Under the pieces are notes generated by a model, which had not been told where the DNA came from, made no database searches, and saw nothing but the letters and a program-made list of their open reading frames with translations. Below are positions 1-10,456 of a stretch of DNA of 64,000 nt, piece by piece (position 1 is the stretch's first letter; each line of letters starts with the position of its first letter). The stretch is taken from positions 111,661 through 175,660 of the forward strand of contig JBAXSI010000002.1 of NCBI GenBank assembly GCA_037130755.1. Reading direction: 5' to 3'. The stretch is from Actinomycetes bacterium (GTDB taxonomy: Bacteria > Actinomycetota > Actinomycetes > S36-B12). A program made the translations under genes and the position numbers.

Positions 1-1976
1 ACCGGCTGCTCACGGAGCACGCATCCGACGTCGTCGTGCAGGTCGCCCTCGACGGGACCCTCGAGTGGATCTCGCCTTCGGTGACGAGGCTCCTCGGCTA
101 CGAGCCAGCACAGCTCATCGGGACTCATCCATGGGACCTGGTCCACCCGGACGACCGGGCCGCGGCCGCCGCCAACCTCGCCGATGCTGCCACGCCGGGT
201 CATCAGCCGTCGCCCCTGGCGACGCGGTTCTGCAAGTCGGATGGCTCATATGTGTGGCTGTCCGCGGCGGCGCGGAAGACGCCCGAAGGCCTGTTCGTGG
301 TGAGCTTCCGCGAGGTCGACGAGGAGGTTCGTGCGCGGCAGGCGCTCCTCGACTCCGAGGTGCGTTATCGACTCCTGGCCGAGAACGCGATGGACCTCGT
401 GTTCTCCCTCGACATGCACGCGGTCATCACGTGGGTTTCCCCGTCCGCTGTCAGGATGCTCGGCTACGGTCCGGAGGATCTGATCGGGCAGTTCGGCGGC
501 ATGCTCATCGTCGAGGAGGATCTGCCGCTGCTGCTCAGTGCCGCGGCCGATGCGCGCACGGGTCTTCCGGTGTCCTGCCAGATTCGCATGCTCATGAAGT
601 CCGGCGACGAACGGTGGGTGGAGGCCACGCCGAGAGCGCTGCACGACGATGCGGGCGACCTCGTCGGTGGGGTGATCGGTGTGCGCGACGCCCACGAGGA
701 AGTGCTCGCCCGCACGGCCCTCGTCCACGCGTCCGACTACGACGCACTCACCGGGCTCGCCAACCCGGCGCTGGCGCTGGCCCGGATCCAGGGCGTCCTC
801 GACACGCACGAACCAGAGGCGTGGGCGTTGGTGTGCGTTGGGGTGGATGGGATGACCGCCATCAACCAGGCCTACACGTACGCCGCTGGGGACGCCGTCC
901 TCGCGGCCGTGGCCGCCAGGCTCGTGACCGCGGTCGAGGACGAGACCAGCGTCGCGAGGATTGCCGGCGACGAATTCGTCGTCCTGGTCGACGGAATCTC
1001 GGACGCCACCGATGCCGCGAGCGCAGCTGCCCAGCTGCTCAGCGTCGTGCGCGGGACGGTCGATTTCGGCGGAGTGCAGATCGATGTCTCGGCAAGCGCT
1101 GGCATCGCCCTCGCGCACGGCGGTGACGTTCAGGGCTTGCTTCGAGACTCGACCGCGGCGATGCGGCAGGCGTCGGCGAAGGGTCCCGATCACTGGGAAT
1201 TCCTCGACGGCGACGTGGCCGAGCAGGCACGGCGCGCTCTGTCGCTGCAGTCCTCCCTGCGCGAGGCGGTCCGGCAGGGTCGCATTGAGCCCTGGTTCAT
1301 GCCGATCGTCGGACTCACGGACGGCGCGGTCGTCGGCTACGAGGTCCTCGCGCGATGGATCAGAGGCGACGGCCGGATCGCATTGCCTGCGGAGTTCCTG
1401 GCGGTAGCGGAGCGCACGGGGCTCATTGTCGACATCGACCGCGCCATGCTCGAGCGCTCGGTGGCGCTACTGGGCGAGAACCAGGGCATCGAGCGACTCG
1501 CCGTGAACGTCTCGGCGGCGACTCTCGCCAACGGATCGCTGACGGCACTGGTCGTTGACGCGTTGCAGAAGTCGGACGTCGACCCGCGGCGGCTGCACCT
1601 GGAGGTCACCGAGACGTCACTGGTCAAGGTCACGAAGCAGGTCCGACGAACCATGGAGGAGATCGCCGGCCTGGGAGCCTCCTGGTGGGTCGATGACTTC
1701 GGCACCGGCTTCTCGTCGATCAGTCACCTGCGCGACTTGCCGATCAGCGGACTGAAGTTGGATCAGTCTTTCACTGCAGGCGTGACGCGGCCGGACACGG
1801 CGGCCGCGCGACTGGCCCTGGGCCTGGTGGGCCTTGCTTCGGGCCTTGGACTGAAGACCATCGCCGAAGGCATCGAGAACGCCGAGCAGGCGGAGGTGCT
1901 CACCGCGCAGGGCTGGCAGATGGGCCAGGGCTGGCTGTTCGGTCGCCCCATCGGGACGACCGCTAGCGCAGCGTGA
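1..1976 (+). CDS. PAS-PAS-GGDEF-EAL c-di-GMP turnover protein, 5' end cut by window edge
   Basis: Frame stays open to nt 1 (codons before the GTG at 36 read RLLTEHASDVVVQ). Two PAS cores (WISPSVTRLLGYEP, WVSPSAVRMLGYGP). GGDEF domain with variant AGDEF (RIAGDEFVVLV). EAL domain with EVL variant (YEVLARW), EVTETS, DDFGTGFSS. Confidence 0.9.
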   Translation, partial: RLLTEHASDVVVQVALDGTLEWISPSVTRLLGYEPAQLIGTHPWDLVHPDDRAAAAANLADAATPGHQPSPLATRFCKSDGSYVWLSAAARKTPEGLFVVSFREVDEEVRARQALLDSEVRYRLLAENAMDLVFSLDMHAVITWVSPSAVRMLGYGPEDLIGQFGGMLIVEEDLPLLLSAAADARTGLPVSCQIRMLMKSGDERWVEATPRALHDDAGDLVGGVIGVRDAHEEVLARTALVHASDYDALTGLANPALALARIQGVLDTHEPEAWALVCVGVDGMTAINQAYTYAAGDAVLAAVAARLVTAVEDETSVARIAGDEFVVLVDGISDATDAASAAAQLLSVVRGTVDFGGVQIDVSASAGIALAHGGDVQGLLRDSTAAMRQASAKGPDHWEFLDGDVAEQARRALSLQSSLREAVRQGRIEPWFMPIVGLTDGAVVGYEVLARWIRGDGRIALPAEFLAVAERTGLIVDIDRAMLERSVALLGENQGIERLAVNVSAATLANGSLTALVVDALQKSDVDPRRLHLEVTETSLVKVTKQVRRTMEEIAGLGASWWVDDFGTGFSSISHLRDLPISGLKLDQSFTAGVTRPDTAAARLALGLVGLASGLGLKTIAEGIENAEQAEVLTAQGWQMGQGWLFGRPIGTTASAA

Positions 1977-3048
1977 GGCGCACGATCCGATCGTCGCCCG
2001 CGCGGACCTGGCCGCGGCCGTCGGTGTTGCTGGTCATCAGCCACAGGGATCCGTCCGGCGCGGTCGACACGGTCCGGATCCTGCCCAAGTCGCCGAGATT
2101 CATGGCGACCGGCGTACCGGCAAGGCGACCGGAGAGCGGCACCCGGAAGAGTCGCTGTCCGGCCAGGGTCGCGACGTAGGCCGCGGACCCGGCAATAGCC
2201 ACCCCGCTGGGTGACGCCGTCGACGTGGGGGTCCACTGCGCGATCGGGTCGACGAAGCCGGCGGCTCCCGCGGCACCTTCGTGCATCGGCCACCCGTAGT
2301 TGCGGCCGGGGCGAAGGAGGTTGAGCTCGTCGACGGTCTTCTGGCCGAATTCGGTGGCGAACAGCCGGCCGGCCGGGTCGAACGCCAGGCCCTGAACGTT
2401 GCGATGGCCCAGGGTCCAGACCAATGACCGCGGGAACGGATTGTCCTTCGGCCGGCCGCCGCTGGGCGTCATCCGGAGCACCTTGCCGCCGAGGCTGCCA
2501 ACGTCCTGGCTGAGAGTGCCATTGGTCGTGTCGCCGGTGGAGGCGTAGAGCATGCCGTCGGGGCCGAACACCAGGCGGCCGCCGTTGTGGAACTGCGCGC
2601 GGGGGATCCCGGCCAGCACGAGTCGTGGCGCGCCGAGTCGTCGGCCGTCCCAGGGCATCCGCACGATGCGGTTGTCGGTCGCCGAGGTGAAGTAGGCATA
2701 CACCCACCGCGGCTTCGGGCCGGGTGGCACCGCGATGCCGAGCAGCCCGCCCTCGCCGTACGGTGTCGCACCCGGTACCTGGCCGACGGTGCGCACGACC
2801 GTCGCCGCCCCTGGCCGGATGCGCTTGATCAGGCCGGTGTCGCGCTCGCTGACCAGTGCAGTTCCGTCCGGCAGGAACGCGAGCCCCCACGGTGAGGTCA
2901 GCCCGGTGGCGATGGTCTCAGTGCCCCGAACGCGTTCAGGCGGGCGTGGCTGCGCATTCGAGATCGAGGTGGGCGCAATGACGACGAGGGCGAGCAGTAG
3001 TGCCGTGGCAGTGAGTCGTGCCCAAGTGCCCGCCGTGCATCGCCGCAC
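1963..3048 (-). CDS. Secreted PQQ-dependent sugar (glucose/sorbosone) dehydrogenase
   Basis: GLTSPWGLAFLPDGTALVSERDTGLIKRI plus HNGGRLVFGPDG and GHRNVQGLAFD blocks typical of the soluble beta-propeller sugar dehydrogenase family. I chose the GTG at 3048 because it gives a signal peptide (RRCTAGTWARLTATALLLALVVIAPTSISNA) and avoids overlapping the upstream CDS that ends at 3074. Confidence 0.8.
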   Translation of the reverse strand: MRRCTAGTWARLTATALLLALVVIAPTSISNAQPRPPERVRGTETIATGLTSPWGLAFLPDGTALVSERDTGLIKRIRPGAATVVRTVGQVPGATPYGEGGLLGIAVPPGPKPRWVYAYFTSATDNRIVRMPWDGRRLGAPRLVLAGIPRAQFHNGGRLVFGPDGMLYASTGDTTNGTLSQDVGSLGGKVLRMTPSGGRPKDNPFPRSLVWTLGHRNVQGLAFDPAGRLFATEFGQKTVDELNLLRPGRNYGWPMHEGAAGAAGFVDPIAQWTPTSTASPSGVAIAGSAAYVATLAGQRLFRVPLSGRLAGTPVAMNLGDLGRIRTVSTAPDGSLWLMTSNTDGRGQVRAGDDRIVRLTLR

Positions 3049-3073
3049 GCGAACGGGCGTGTTCGCGCGAGTC

Positions 3074-5482
3074 TTAGTCCGGAAGTGAGGCGGCAACAAC
3101 GACCTGGCCCCTTCCTCGCCGCTTCGCTTCGTACATGGCGGCGTCGGCCCTGCCCAGAAGTCGATCGACGGGCTCTGACGGCCCGGCGAGCGCAGCGCCG
3201 ACACTGAGCGTCGCGTCCACGTCCCCCACGGGCAGGTGAACCGGGCGGGCGGTTGCTGCAAGCACCTTCTCGGCGATCTGCGTCACGTCGTCGAGGCTGG
3301 CCACTCCGTCGAGGATGACGAGGAATTCATCGCCGCCGAGCCGGGCGATCATGTCGCCCTGCCGGACGGTCGTGCGGATCCGTGCGGCCGTCTTGCGAAG
3401 AACCTGGTCGCCGGCGGCGTGACCCCTGGTGTCATTGATCGCCTTCAGGTTGTCGACGTCGCAGAACAGGACAGCGAAGTCGTCGCCGGGTCGTTGCGAT
3501 TGGCGCCCCATGTCGGCGAGCCGGGTCAGGGCGGGATCCCGTTTGAGTACGCCGGTGAGGTCGTCGAAGGTGGCCCGACGCTCGAGGTCCTGCTCGATCC
3601 TGACCTCATGGTCGATTGTCCGGAACGACACGACATGCCAGCCATCGGCAGAGCCGGCTTCGATGGATGCCTTCGAGTGGGCCTCGATCCAGTGGTAGCT
3701 GCCCGTTGCGTTCCGCATTCGCCATCGGCGGACCCCGGGAACGGGGGAGGGCTCAGCATCGGTCTCCACCAGCGCGCCGATGTCGTCCGGGTGGGTGAAC
3801 TCGCGGATCGGCCGGTCCTGCCACTCCTCAGGTCGCCAGCCGAGCATCTCGTGCAGCGACGGCGACGCCCAGAGCACGACGCCGTCCTTGATGCGCAGGA
3901 CGACGTCCGAGGAGTGCTCGGCCAGGAGGCGGTACCGCTCCTCGGACTGCCGCAGCTCGGCCTCGGCCCGGTGCTGCTCGCTCACGTCGATGGCGATGGC
4001 GACGCCGCCGACAATCGTTCCGGAGCCATCGACGATCGGATTGACGCGAATCATGAAGTGTCGGCTGCCATCCAGGGACGGCATGTCCGTCGTCGATGAC
4101 TGACCTTGGAGGGCAGCCACGTAGAGGGGCTCGTAGACCGCCCATCGTTCCGGAGACAGCACGTCGGAAACGAGGCTGCCCTCCAGGTCCCCCGGGTCGA
4201 TGCCCGCGGAGGTGATGGCCTCTCCTCGAGCGACGCGATACCGGAGGTTGGTGTCGAAGACCATCAGCGAGGCGTCTGGAAGGCTCTCGAGGGCGTCGGT
4301 GAGGAGCTCCCACTGCTCGTGCTGGACCTGGATGTCCTTGGCGCCCCCTATCCATGCGTCGACTCGACCGTCGACGACTGCCGGCCTGGCGTTCACCTCG
4401 AACCAGCGGTAGGAGCCAGTGCTGAGCCGGATCCGCACCTCTACGGAGACCCGTCCTTCGTCGATCGGGTCTGACGTCGCCTCGATGAAGCCCCCGACGT
4501 CATCCGGATGGATGAAGTCTGAGATGGCCCGTCCGACGAGCTCCGTGCTGACCCACCCTGACGCATGCTCCACGGAAGGAGAGATCCATTCAATGACTCC
4601 GTGGGCGTCGCCGCGGAAGACGACATCGGACGCGTTCTCCGCGAGAAGGCGGAATCGCTCGTTCGAGTGGGCCAGTTCCAGGGCCTGGTCGTGTCTCTCG
4701 GTGACGTCGCGCCAGGTCTGGCTGACGGCGTCGCCGGCCTTCACGGCTCGCACGTCGTAGCGACGCACCCGTCCGTCATAGATGTCCTGCGGGTAGGACC
4801 AGTCGTCCAGCACCAACCTGAGGCCCCGGTCGACGACACCGACGTACATGTCGAACAACTCCGTACTCGTCGCGGCCGGGTGCAAGGACAGGAGGCGGCT
4901 CCCGAGGAGCTCATCGCGGGTCATCCCGTGGAAGTCGAGGGCGGCAACGTTCGCGTCGGCATACTCGAAGTCGAGGATGGCCCCCTGATCGTCGCGCACT
5001 GCTGCCAGGAGGACGAACGGGTCGAGCATCGCATCGAGCAGTGCTTGGAGGCGGATTCGCTCTTGGGCCTCGGACTCACGGGCTTCAACAAGATCCGTGA
5101 CGTCGCGGACGGCACCGTACAGCGCCACTGAGCCATCTGCTCGCTTCCGCTTCACGCATCGGTGGGCCGTCCAGATCAGTCGCCCGTCCCGGGCGATCCA
5201 GCGCAGCCTGAGGTCGATGACCTGATCGATCTGGGCTTGGGCCGCAGACTGGAGGGTCGGGACATCGCGAGGGTCAAGAAGTCGAAACCCGAGTTCGGGA
5301 TCGGCATAGTGCTCAGCCGGGCTATAGCCGACAAGCGCCTCCACCGACGGCGACACGAATTCGAAGGCGACGTCGGGCTCAAGGCGCAGGACGTAGACGG
5401 TGTCGGCCAGCGCAGTCGCCATCTCGGCGACGAAGGCGTCGTCCGCTGGGTCACGATGCGCGTCGGTCGGCACCGTCGTCAT
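3074..5482 (-). CDS. Multi-PAS diguanylate cyclase (GGDEF only)
   Basis: About five PAS modules (FEFVSPSVEALVGYSP, IEWISPSVEHASGW, VLWASPSLHEMLGWRP and others). C-terminal GGDEF domain with canonical ARLGGDEFLVIL and an RxxD I-site (RQGD) five residues upstream. No EAL domain. Confidence 0.9.
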   Translation of the reverse strand: MTTVPTDAHRDPADDAFVAEMATALADTVYVLRLEPDVAFEFVSPSVEALVGYSPAEHYADPELGFRLLDPRDVPTLQSAAQAQIDQVIDLRLRWIARDGRLIWTAHRCVKRKRADGSVALYGAVRDVTDLVEARESEAQERIRLQALLDAMLDPFVLLAAVRDDQGAILDFEYADANVAALDFHGMTRDELLGSRLLSLHPAATSTELFDMYVGVVDRGLRLVLDDWSYPQDIYDGRVRRYDVRAVKAGDAVSQTWRDVTERHDQALELAHSNERFRLLAENASDVVFRGDAHGVIEWISPSVEHASGWVSTELVGRAISDFIHPDDVGGFIEATSDPIDEGRVSVEVRIRLSTGSYRWFEVNARPAVVDGRVDAWIGGAKDIQVQHEQWELLTDALESLPDASLMVFDTNLRYRVARGEAITSAGIDPGDLEGSLVSDVLSPERWAVYEPLYVAALQGQSSTTDMPSLDGSRHFMIRVNPIVDGSGTIVGGVAIAIDVSEQHRAEAELRQSEERYRLLAEHSSDVVLRIKDGVVLWASPSLHEMLGWRPEEWQDRPIREFTHPDDIGALVETDAEPSPVPGVRRWRMRNATGSYHWIEAHSKASIEAGSADGWHVVSFRTIDHEVRIEQDLERRATFDDLTGVLKRDPALTRLADMGRQSQRPGDDFAVLFCDVDNLKAINDTRGHAAGDQVLRKTAARIRTTVRQGDMIARLGGDEFLVILDGVASLDDVTQIAEKVLAATARPVHLPVGDVDATLSVGAALAGPSEPVDRLLGRADAAMYEAKRRGRGQVVVAASLPD

Positions 5483-5581
5483 GCCGGGCCTCCGATCGGT
5501 AGTCGAAGTGTCACCTTGGGGTCTGCACTTCGCGTCCAGAATGACACGATCGGACCGGTTTGGGCGGTCGATGCGCTCCGT

Positions 5582-8500
5582 TCACGCGTGCGGATAGGGA
5601 CGGTCCAGCTGCCAGGTGAGTTCCTCGGGTGGAAGGGCCTTGGAGTAGAGCCAGCCCTGCGCGGTCGGACAGCCCATCGCGATGAGCTTGGCTGCCTGCT
5701 CGGGATGCTCCACCCCCTCGGCCGTGACGGTGATGCCCAGAACCGTGGCGAGGGCGATGATTCCCGCGACGAGGTCGCGGTCGTAGTCGGGCTTGGCGGT
5801 GAGAGCGATGAAGCTTCGGTCGATCTTGATGACGTCTATGGGGTACTGACTCAGGTAGGTCAGTGACGCGTAGCCGGTCCCGAAGTCATCGATGGCGATG
5901 CCGATGCCGCGGTCGTGGATGCCGTCGACGTTGTCACGGGCAGTGGTGGTCTGGTTCAGCAGCGCGGTCTCGGTGATCTCGATGCACAGCAGTCGGGGAT
6001 CCAGTCCGCTTGCGGCCAGCGCGTCGTCGATCGTGTCGAGGAGCCCCGCGTCGGCGAGTTGGAGGGCGGACGCGTTGACCCGAACGGTGATCGGCCGGTC
6101 GGGACGGGTCGCGGCCCAGGTGGCGCCCTGGTTGCAGGCTTCCCGCAGGACCCAGTCGCCGATGTCCAGGATCAGGCCGGTCTCCTCGGCGACCTCGACG
6201 AAACGATCGGCATTCCAGATTCCTCCGTCAGGGTGATGCCAGCGAAGGAGTGCCTCGACGGCGGTCACCGCCCCGGTGGCGAGGGTCACCTCTGGCTGGT
6301 ACCAGACGGCGAACTGGTCACGTTCGAGGCCGTGCCGGAGGTCGGCTTCCACCGCCAGGCGGGTGGTGACTGCCGTGCGAAGGTCCTCGTTGAACACTGA
6401 CACCCGGTCGCGGCCGGCGCCCTTGGCCGCGTACATCGCGGTGTCGGCCTCGCGCAGCAGGTCGCCGGCGTCACTCACGTCGGTGGCGATCGCCACCCCG
6501 ACGCTCGTGGTCGCGTACAGATCCGCCCCGCCGAGGGTGAACGGGGTCCGGAACGCTGCGACGAGCCGCTCGCCCGCCCGGACCGCCTCGGCCGGGTCGT
6601 CAAGGTCACGCATCACGACCACGAACTCGTCGCCGCCGAGGCGGGCCGTCAGATCACCGGTCCTGACCACCTGCTCGATGCGGGCCGCGGCGTCGACCAG
6701 CAGGTCATCACCTGCAGCGTGGCCAAGGGTGTCGTTGACGTCCTTGAACCGGTCCAGGTCCAGCATCAGGACCGCGGTCTCGCGGCCGGACCGGCGTCCG
6801 GCACTGACCGCCCTGTTGATCTCGTCCAGCAGCGCGGCCCGGTTCGCCAACCCGGTCAGCCCGTCATGGGTCGCGAGCACCTGCAGCGCGTCGCTGGCGG
6901 TCTTGCGCTCGGTGATGTCAAGCGCCACCCCCTGAAGCCCGACAATCCTGCCGTCCGAATCGCGCACCGCCTCCCCACGCGCCAGCATCCAGCCGTGGGA
7001 GCCGTCTGGTCGGACCATCTCCAGTTCCAGTTCGTAGGGGACACCCTTCTCCTGGGTGACCGCCAGGTCCCGGCTCAGTGTTTGCCAGCTCCCGGCGGTG
7101 AACAACTGGCTGTGCTTGCTGAAGTCCGGCACCGGGCCTGTCGGGTCCAGCCCTTGCATGAGGAACAGCTCCTCCGACCAGGTGACCTCGCTCGTCGCGA
7201 TGTCCAGCGTCCAGCTGCCAACGTGGGCGATGCGCTGCGCCTGTTCCAGCTGCGCTCGGCTTGCTTCCAGGGCGGCCTCTGCCAGCTTCCGGTCGGTGAT
7301 GTCTCGGCTCGTCTGGACCACGTGACGGACCGACCCGTCCGCGGCCGCCTCCGCCGCGGCATTCGTCTCGTACCACCGGTGGCCCCTTGCGTTGACGATC
7401 TCGAACTCGAAGGTGACCGGTTCCCCGGTGGCGAACACCGTTCGGCGGTGCTCGTCCCAGGGCTCAGTCAGCTCGGGTGGGTAGCCGAGCTCCGCGAAGG
7501 TCCTGCCGATCCAGCGTTCGAGCGGGATTCCGGTGCTCTGCTCGACCGTGGCGTTCACGTACTCGAAGCGACCGTCGCGGTCGAGGCGGATGACGGCGTC
7601 GGTGGATGTGTCCAGCACCGTGCGCAGGAGTTCCTCATTCTCGGCGAGGGTCTGCTCGGCGAGTTTGCGCTCGGTGATGTCCAGGGTGACCCCGTGCAAC
7701 TCGATGATCGCGCCGTTCGCGTCCCGGATCGCCTCGCCGCGTGCCCACGTCCATCCCTGACTTCCGTCGGTCCTGACCGTCTGGAGTTCCAACTCGTACG
7801 GGGTTCCGCTTGTCTGGGCCAGCAGGACAGCCTCGGCCAGGCGCTGCCAGCTCTCGGGTGCGAACAGTCCTTCCTGGTCAGGGAAGCTCGGCACCGGCGC
7901 TGTCGGGTCCAGGCCGAACATCTCGTACAGCTCCGGCGACCAGACGACGACTCCGGTGGCCACGGCAAACTGCCAACTGCCCAGGTGGGCGATGCGCTCG
8001 GCCTCCAGCAGCGCTTCACGAAGGCTGTGCTCCTTGGTGACGTCGAGGATCTGTGCGATCCGGTGGCTGACGATCCCGTTCGCGTCGAGCACGACCGACA
8101 CGGTCACATCACCCCAGATCACCCGGCCGTCGCCGGTCACGTACCGCTTTGTCAGTCGCAGGCTCTGCCGGCGACCGTCCACCAGTTCCCTCACCAGATC
8201 GGCACCCACCGAAGCGTCGTCCGGGTGGGTGACGTCGAGGAAGCCCAGGTTCAGCAGCTCGTCCTCGCTGCGCGCCAGCAACTCGCAGATCGCCGGATTC
8301 ACTCGGATGAGCCTGCCGTCGTTGGCGACCAGGCATGTCGCCACTCTCGAGCGGTCGAAGGCGAGCCGGGACTGCTCCTCGCTGGCGGCGAGCGCCTGTT
8401 CGGCACGGTTGCGGTCGGTGATGTCTCGGGCGGCCGCGAACACCCCGGCGACTTCGCCGTGCTCGTCGCGGTAGACCGTGGCGTTGTAGAGCACGTCGGT

Positions 8501-9241
8501 GCTGGTGCCGTCGACGTTGCGGAGTGCCAGGGGGTAGTCGGTGACCGAGCCGGCGCTGAATGCCCTTTGGTAGCCGGTGCGGGCCGCGCCGGGGTCGGTG
8601 AAGTAGGAGGTGAAGTCGCTGCCGATCAGGTTCGGACGCTGGATGCCGGTGGCCCTCACGGTGGCTGCGTTGACGTCAGTGATGACGCCGTCGGCACTGA
8701 TGACCACGAGCGGGTCAAGACTCGCCTCGATCAGGCTCCGAGAGTACGCGGACACTCTGGCCAGCTCTTCCTCCGCGCGCACTCTCTCCTCGATGTCGAC
8801 AATGATCGAGAACAGCAGCGGCCGCCCGTCCCGGATGGGGGTCGAGTGGACGTCGACCCGACGGATCTCGCCGCTGGCGAGGCGGTGCGAAGCCATGAAG
8901 ATGCCGGACCCAGCATCGTGGGAGCGCACGCGGGCCAGCAGGGCGGTCATTTCGTCGGCGGGCAGCACGTTGATCTGACCGATGGACATCGAGAGCAGGT
9001 CTTCTGCCGAGTAGCCGTAGAACGCGACGGCCGAGGCGTTTGCATCGACGATCTGCCCCGTATCGGGGTCCAGGAGCAGCATGACGGCGTCATGCTCATG
9101 GAACATCGCCGCGAACCGGTGCGCTAGCGGTTCGGTGCCCGTTTCGCGCAGCCTGTCGCTGGATGGGGGTTCTGAGGCGGGCGGCTGACGGCGCTGGTGG
9201 GTTGCCATGTCTGCCCCCCTATCGGCATTTTGTATCGACAA
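5582..9241 (-). CDS. PAS-array GGDEF-EAL protein (1219 aa), paralogue of 15778-19068
   Basis: Many PAS/PAC modules. GGDEF with RTGD I-site and ARLGGDEFVVVM. EAL domain with VEALLRW, EITETAL, DDFGTGYAS. The start could instead be the internal ATG (MATHQRR) at about 9208. Confidence 0.9.
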   Translation of the reverse strand: MSIQNADRGADMATHQRRQPPASEPPSSDRLRETGTEPLAHRFAAMFHEHDAVMLLLDPDTGQIVDANASAVAFYGYSAEDLLSMSIGQINVLPADEMTALLARVRSHDAGSGIFMASHRLASGEIRRVDVHSTPIRDGRPLLFSIIVDIEERVRAEEELARVSAYSRSLIEASLDPLVVISADGVITDVNAATVRATGIQRPNLIGSDFTSYFTDPGAARTGYQRAFSAGSVTDYPLALRNVDGTSTDVLYNATVYRDEHGEVAGVFAAARDITDRNRAEQALAASEEQSRLAFDRSRVATCLVANDGRLIRVNPAICELLARSEDELLNLGFLDVTHPDDASVGADLVRELVDGRRQSLRLTKRYVTGDGRVIWGDVTVSVVLDANGIVSHRIAQILDVTKEHSLREALLEAERIAHLGSWQFAVATGVVVWSPELYEMFGLDPTAPVPSFPDQEGLFAPESWQRLAEAVLLAQTSGTPYELELQTVRTDGSQGWTWARGEAIRDANGAIIELHGVTLDITERKLAEQTLAENEELLRTVLDTSTDAVIRLDRDGRFEYVNATVEQSTGIPLERWIGRTFAELGYPPELTEPWDEHRRTVFATGEPVTFEFEIVNARGHRWYETNAAAEAAADGSVRHVVQTSRDITDRKLAEAALEASRAQLEQAQRIAHVGSWTLDIATSEVTWSEELFLMQGLDPTGPVPDFSKHSQLFTAGSWQTLSRDLAVTQEKGVPYELELEMVRPDGSHGWMLARGEAVRDSDGRIVGLQGVALDITERKTASDALQVLATHDGLTGLANRAALLDEINRAVSAGRRSGRETAVLMLDLDRFKDVNDTLGHAAGDDLLVDAAARIEQVVRTGDLTARLGGDEFVVVMRDLDDPAEAVRAGERLVAAFRTPFTLGGADLYATTSVGVAIATDVSDAGDLLREADTAMYAAKGAGRDRVSVFNEDLRTAVTTRLAVEADLRHGLERDQFAVWYQPEVTLATGAVTAVEALLRWHHPDGGIWNADRFVEVAEETGLILDIGDWVLREACNQGATWAATRPDRPITVRVNASALQLADAGLLDTIDDALAASGLDPRLLCIEITETALLNQTTTARDNVDGIHDRGIGIAIDDFGTGYASLTYLSQYPIDVIKIDRSFIALTAKPDYDRDLVAGIIALATVLGITVTAEGVEHPEQAAKLIAMGCPTAQGWLYSKALPPEELTWQLDRPYPHA

Positions 9242-9421
9242 GACCCACTATCGGGAGCGTAACCCGTGAAGGGAGGCGATGGTTCTCGCTGAACCAATGT
9301 CCGGGAACGCAACCAGTCTCCGACTTGTTACCTGTCGTGAGATTTGTGTTGTTGTCACCAGATTTGCACCGGATTGCTCCGACTGCCCTCGGAGCGTCCT
9401 GAGACTCCGGGCTCCTGCTGC

Positions 9422-10456
9422 TCACGGCGGCGCGACGACCTTGCTGGACTTCGTCCGTTTGGTCACGACCACCCGCTTGTCGGGGGTCACCGAGATGGTC
9501 CACGTGGAGGACTGACCGGAGTACGCATTCGGGTTGGTGAGTCGCAGTCCGGAGTCCACGTTCGTGATGGTGTCAGTGGATGGGTCCGCGGGCGGATGGG
9601 AGAAGTCCTGGTTGGCCGCGACTTGGCTGCGCACGTGGGCGATCAACTCCCGCCGGGTCATCGTCGCGGCCTTCTCGCGCGCGCTGCTGGCCGCATTGCG
9701 CACGGAGTAGTAGGCCGCCGTCGTGTCCTGAGCGGCGTGCAGGGCCGCCTTCACGTAGGACTCGGGCAGCGCTGAACTGAAGTCCGGCACGATCAGCTTG
9801 GGATTGGTGAACGTGACCTGCACGGTCTGGGTGGAGCCCGGGCCGGCTCCGCCGGGGGTCTTCGTCGAGAACGACTGGAGGACGAGCGCGCCGGTGGGCA
9901 GTTGGGTGAAGGTGGCGCTGACGGTCTGGCCGGGACTGCCGTCGGCCCCGTACGTCCACGAAGCCGAGACGATCCCTGCATCACTTGCCGAACTCGAGGA
10001 GATCGCGCCCACGGGATCGAAGGCCAACAGGCGAAGGACGGGAGGGGTGCTGCCGGCCGGCTCAGGGTCCGCACGGACCCAGGACGCCTTGCGCAGCGTC
10101 GGGTAGCGGCCCGCTTTCGGCAGGGAAGGCATGGGTTGATACCTGATGCCCACTCCGTTCTTGGTGACCGTCCAGGTGGTTGCGTCCGGCTCGGAGTCGG
10201 TCATGCCTGCCTCGCGGTAGCTCGCGCGGGTCACGGCACCGCCCGGTCGGTAGTCCGTGACCTCCCGGTAGCTGATCTTCGCGGCGACCTCGTCTGTGAC
10301 GGTGCCTCCGCCGAGCATGACATTCGTCTGCGCTGCCTTCGCCGCGGCCTGCACCTGGGGCCAGGTGACTTGATCCGCGGCTGACGCAGACGTCGCCGGC
10401 ACGAGGGCCACCGCGACGGATGTGAAGGTGGCGAGTAGTGCGCGGGTAAGCCGCAT
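9422..10456 (-). CDS. Secreted hypothetical protein
   Basis: Sec-type signal peptide MRLTRALLATFTSVAVALVPATSASA followed by ADQ. High GC3. No recognisable domain motif. Confidence 0.7.
   Translation of the reverse strand: MRLTRALLATFTSVAVALVPATSASAADQVTWPQVQAAAKAAQTNVMLGGGTVTDEVAAKISYREVTDYRPGGAVTRASYREAGMTDSEPDATTWTVTKNGVGIRYQPMPSLPKAGRYPTLRKASWVRADPEPAGSTPPVLRLLAFDPVGAISSSSASDAGIVSASWTYGADGSPGQTVSATFTQLPTGALVLQSFSTKTPGGAGPGSTQTVQVTFTNPKLIVPDFSSALPESYVKAALHAAQDTTAAYYSVRNAASSAREKAATMTRRELIAHVRSQVAANQDFSHPPADPSTDTITNVDSGLRLTNPNAYSGQSSTWTISVTPDKRVVVTKRTKSSKVVAPP

Noticed and set aside
3049-3261. N-terminal extension of the PQQ dehydrogenase ORF to 3261. The same issue applies to the hemH extension 49698-50000, the cytochrome b extension 29553-29741, the radical SAM extension 45473-45877, and the extensions of hemL, hemD, the FGGY kinase and the 31351 ORF.
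   Set aside because: The extensions overlap the preceding gene, are Arg/Pro-rich, and precede a far better start: a signal peptide, a conserved N-terminus, or an ATGA/GTGA coupling site.
6719-9127. 802-aa plus-strand ORF opposite the 5582-9241 gene (similar shadows: 15781-18213 at 810 aa, 16073-17140 at 355 aa)
   Set aside because: The sequence is Arg/Gly/Asp/Pro/His-rich and low-complexity with no domain motif. The opposite strand encodes unmistakable PAS, GGDEF and EAL motifs along its whole length. This is a classic high-GC antisense shadow.
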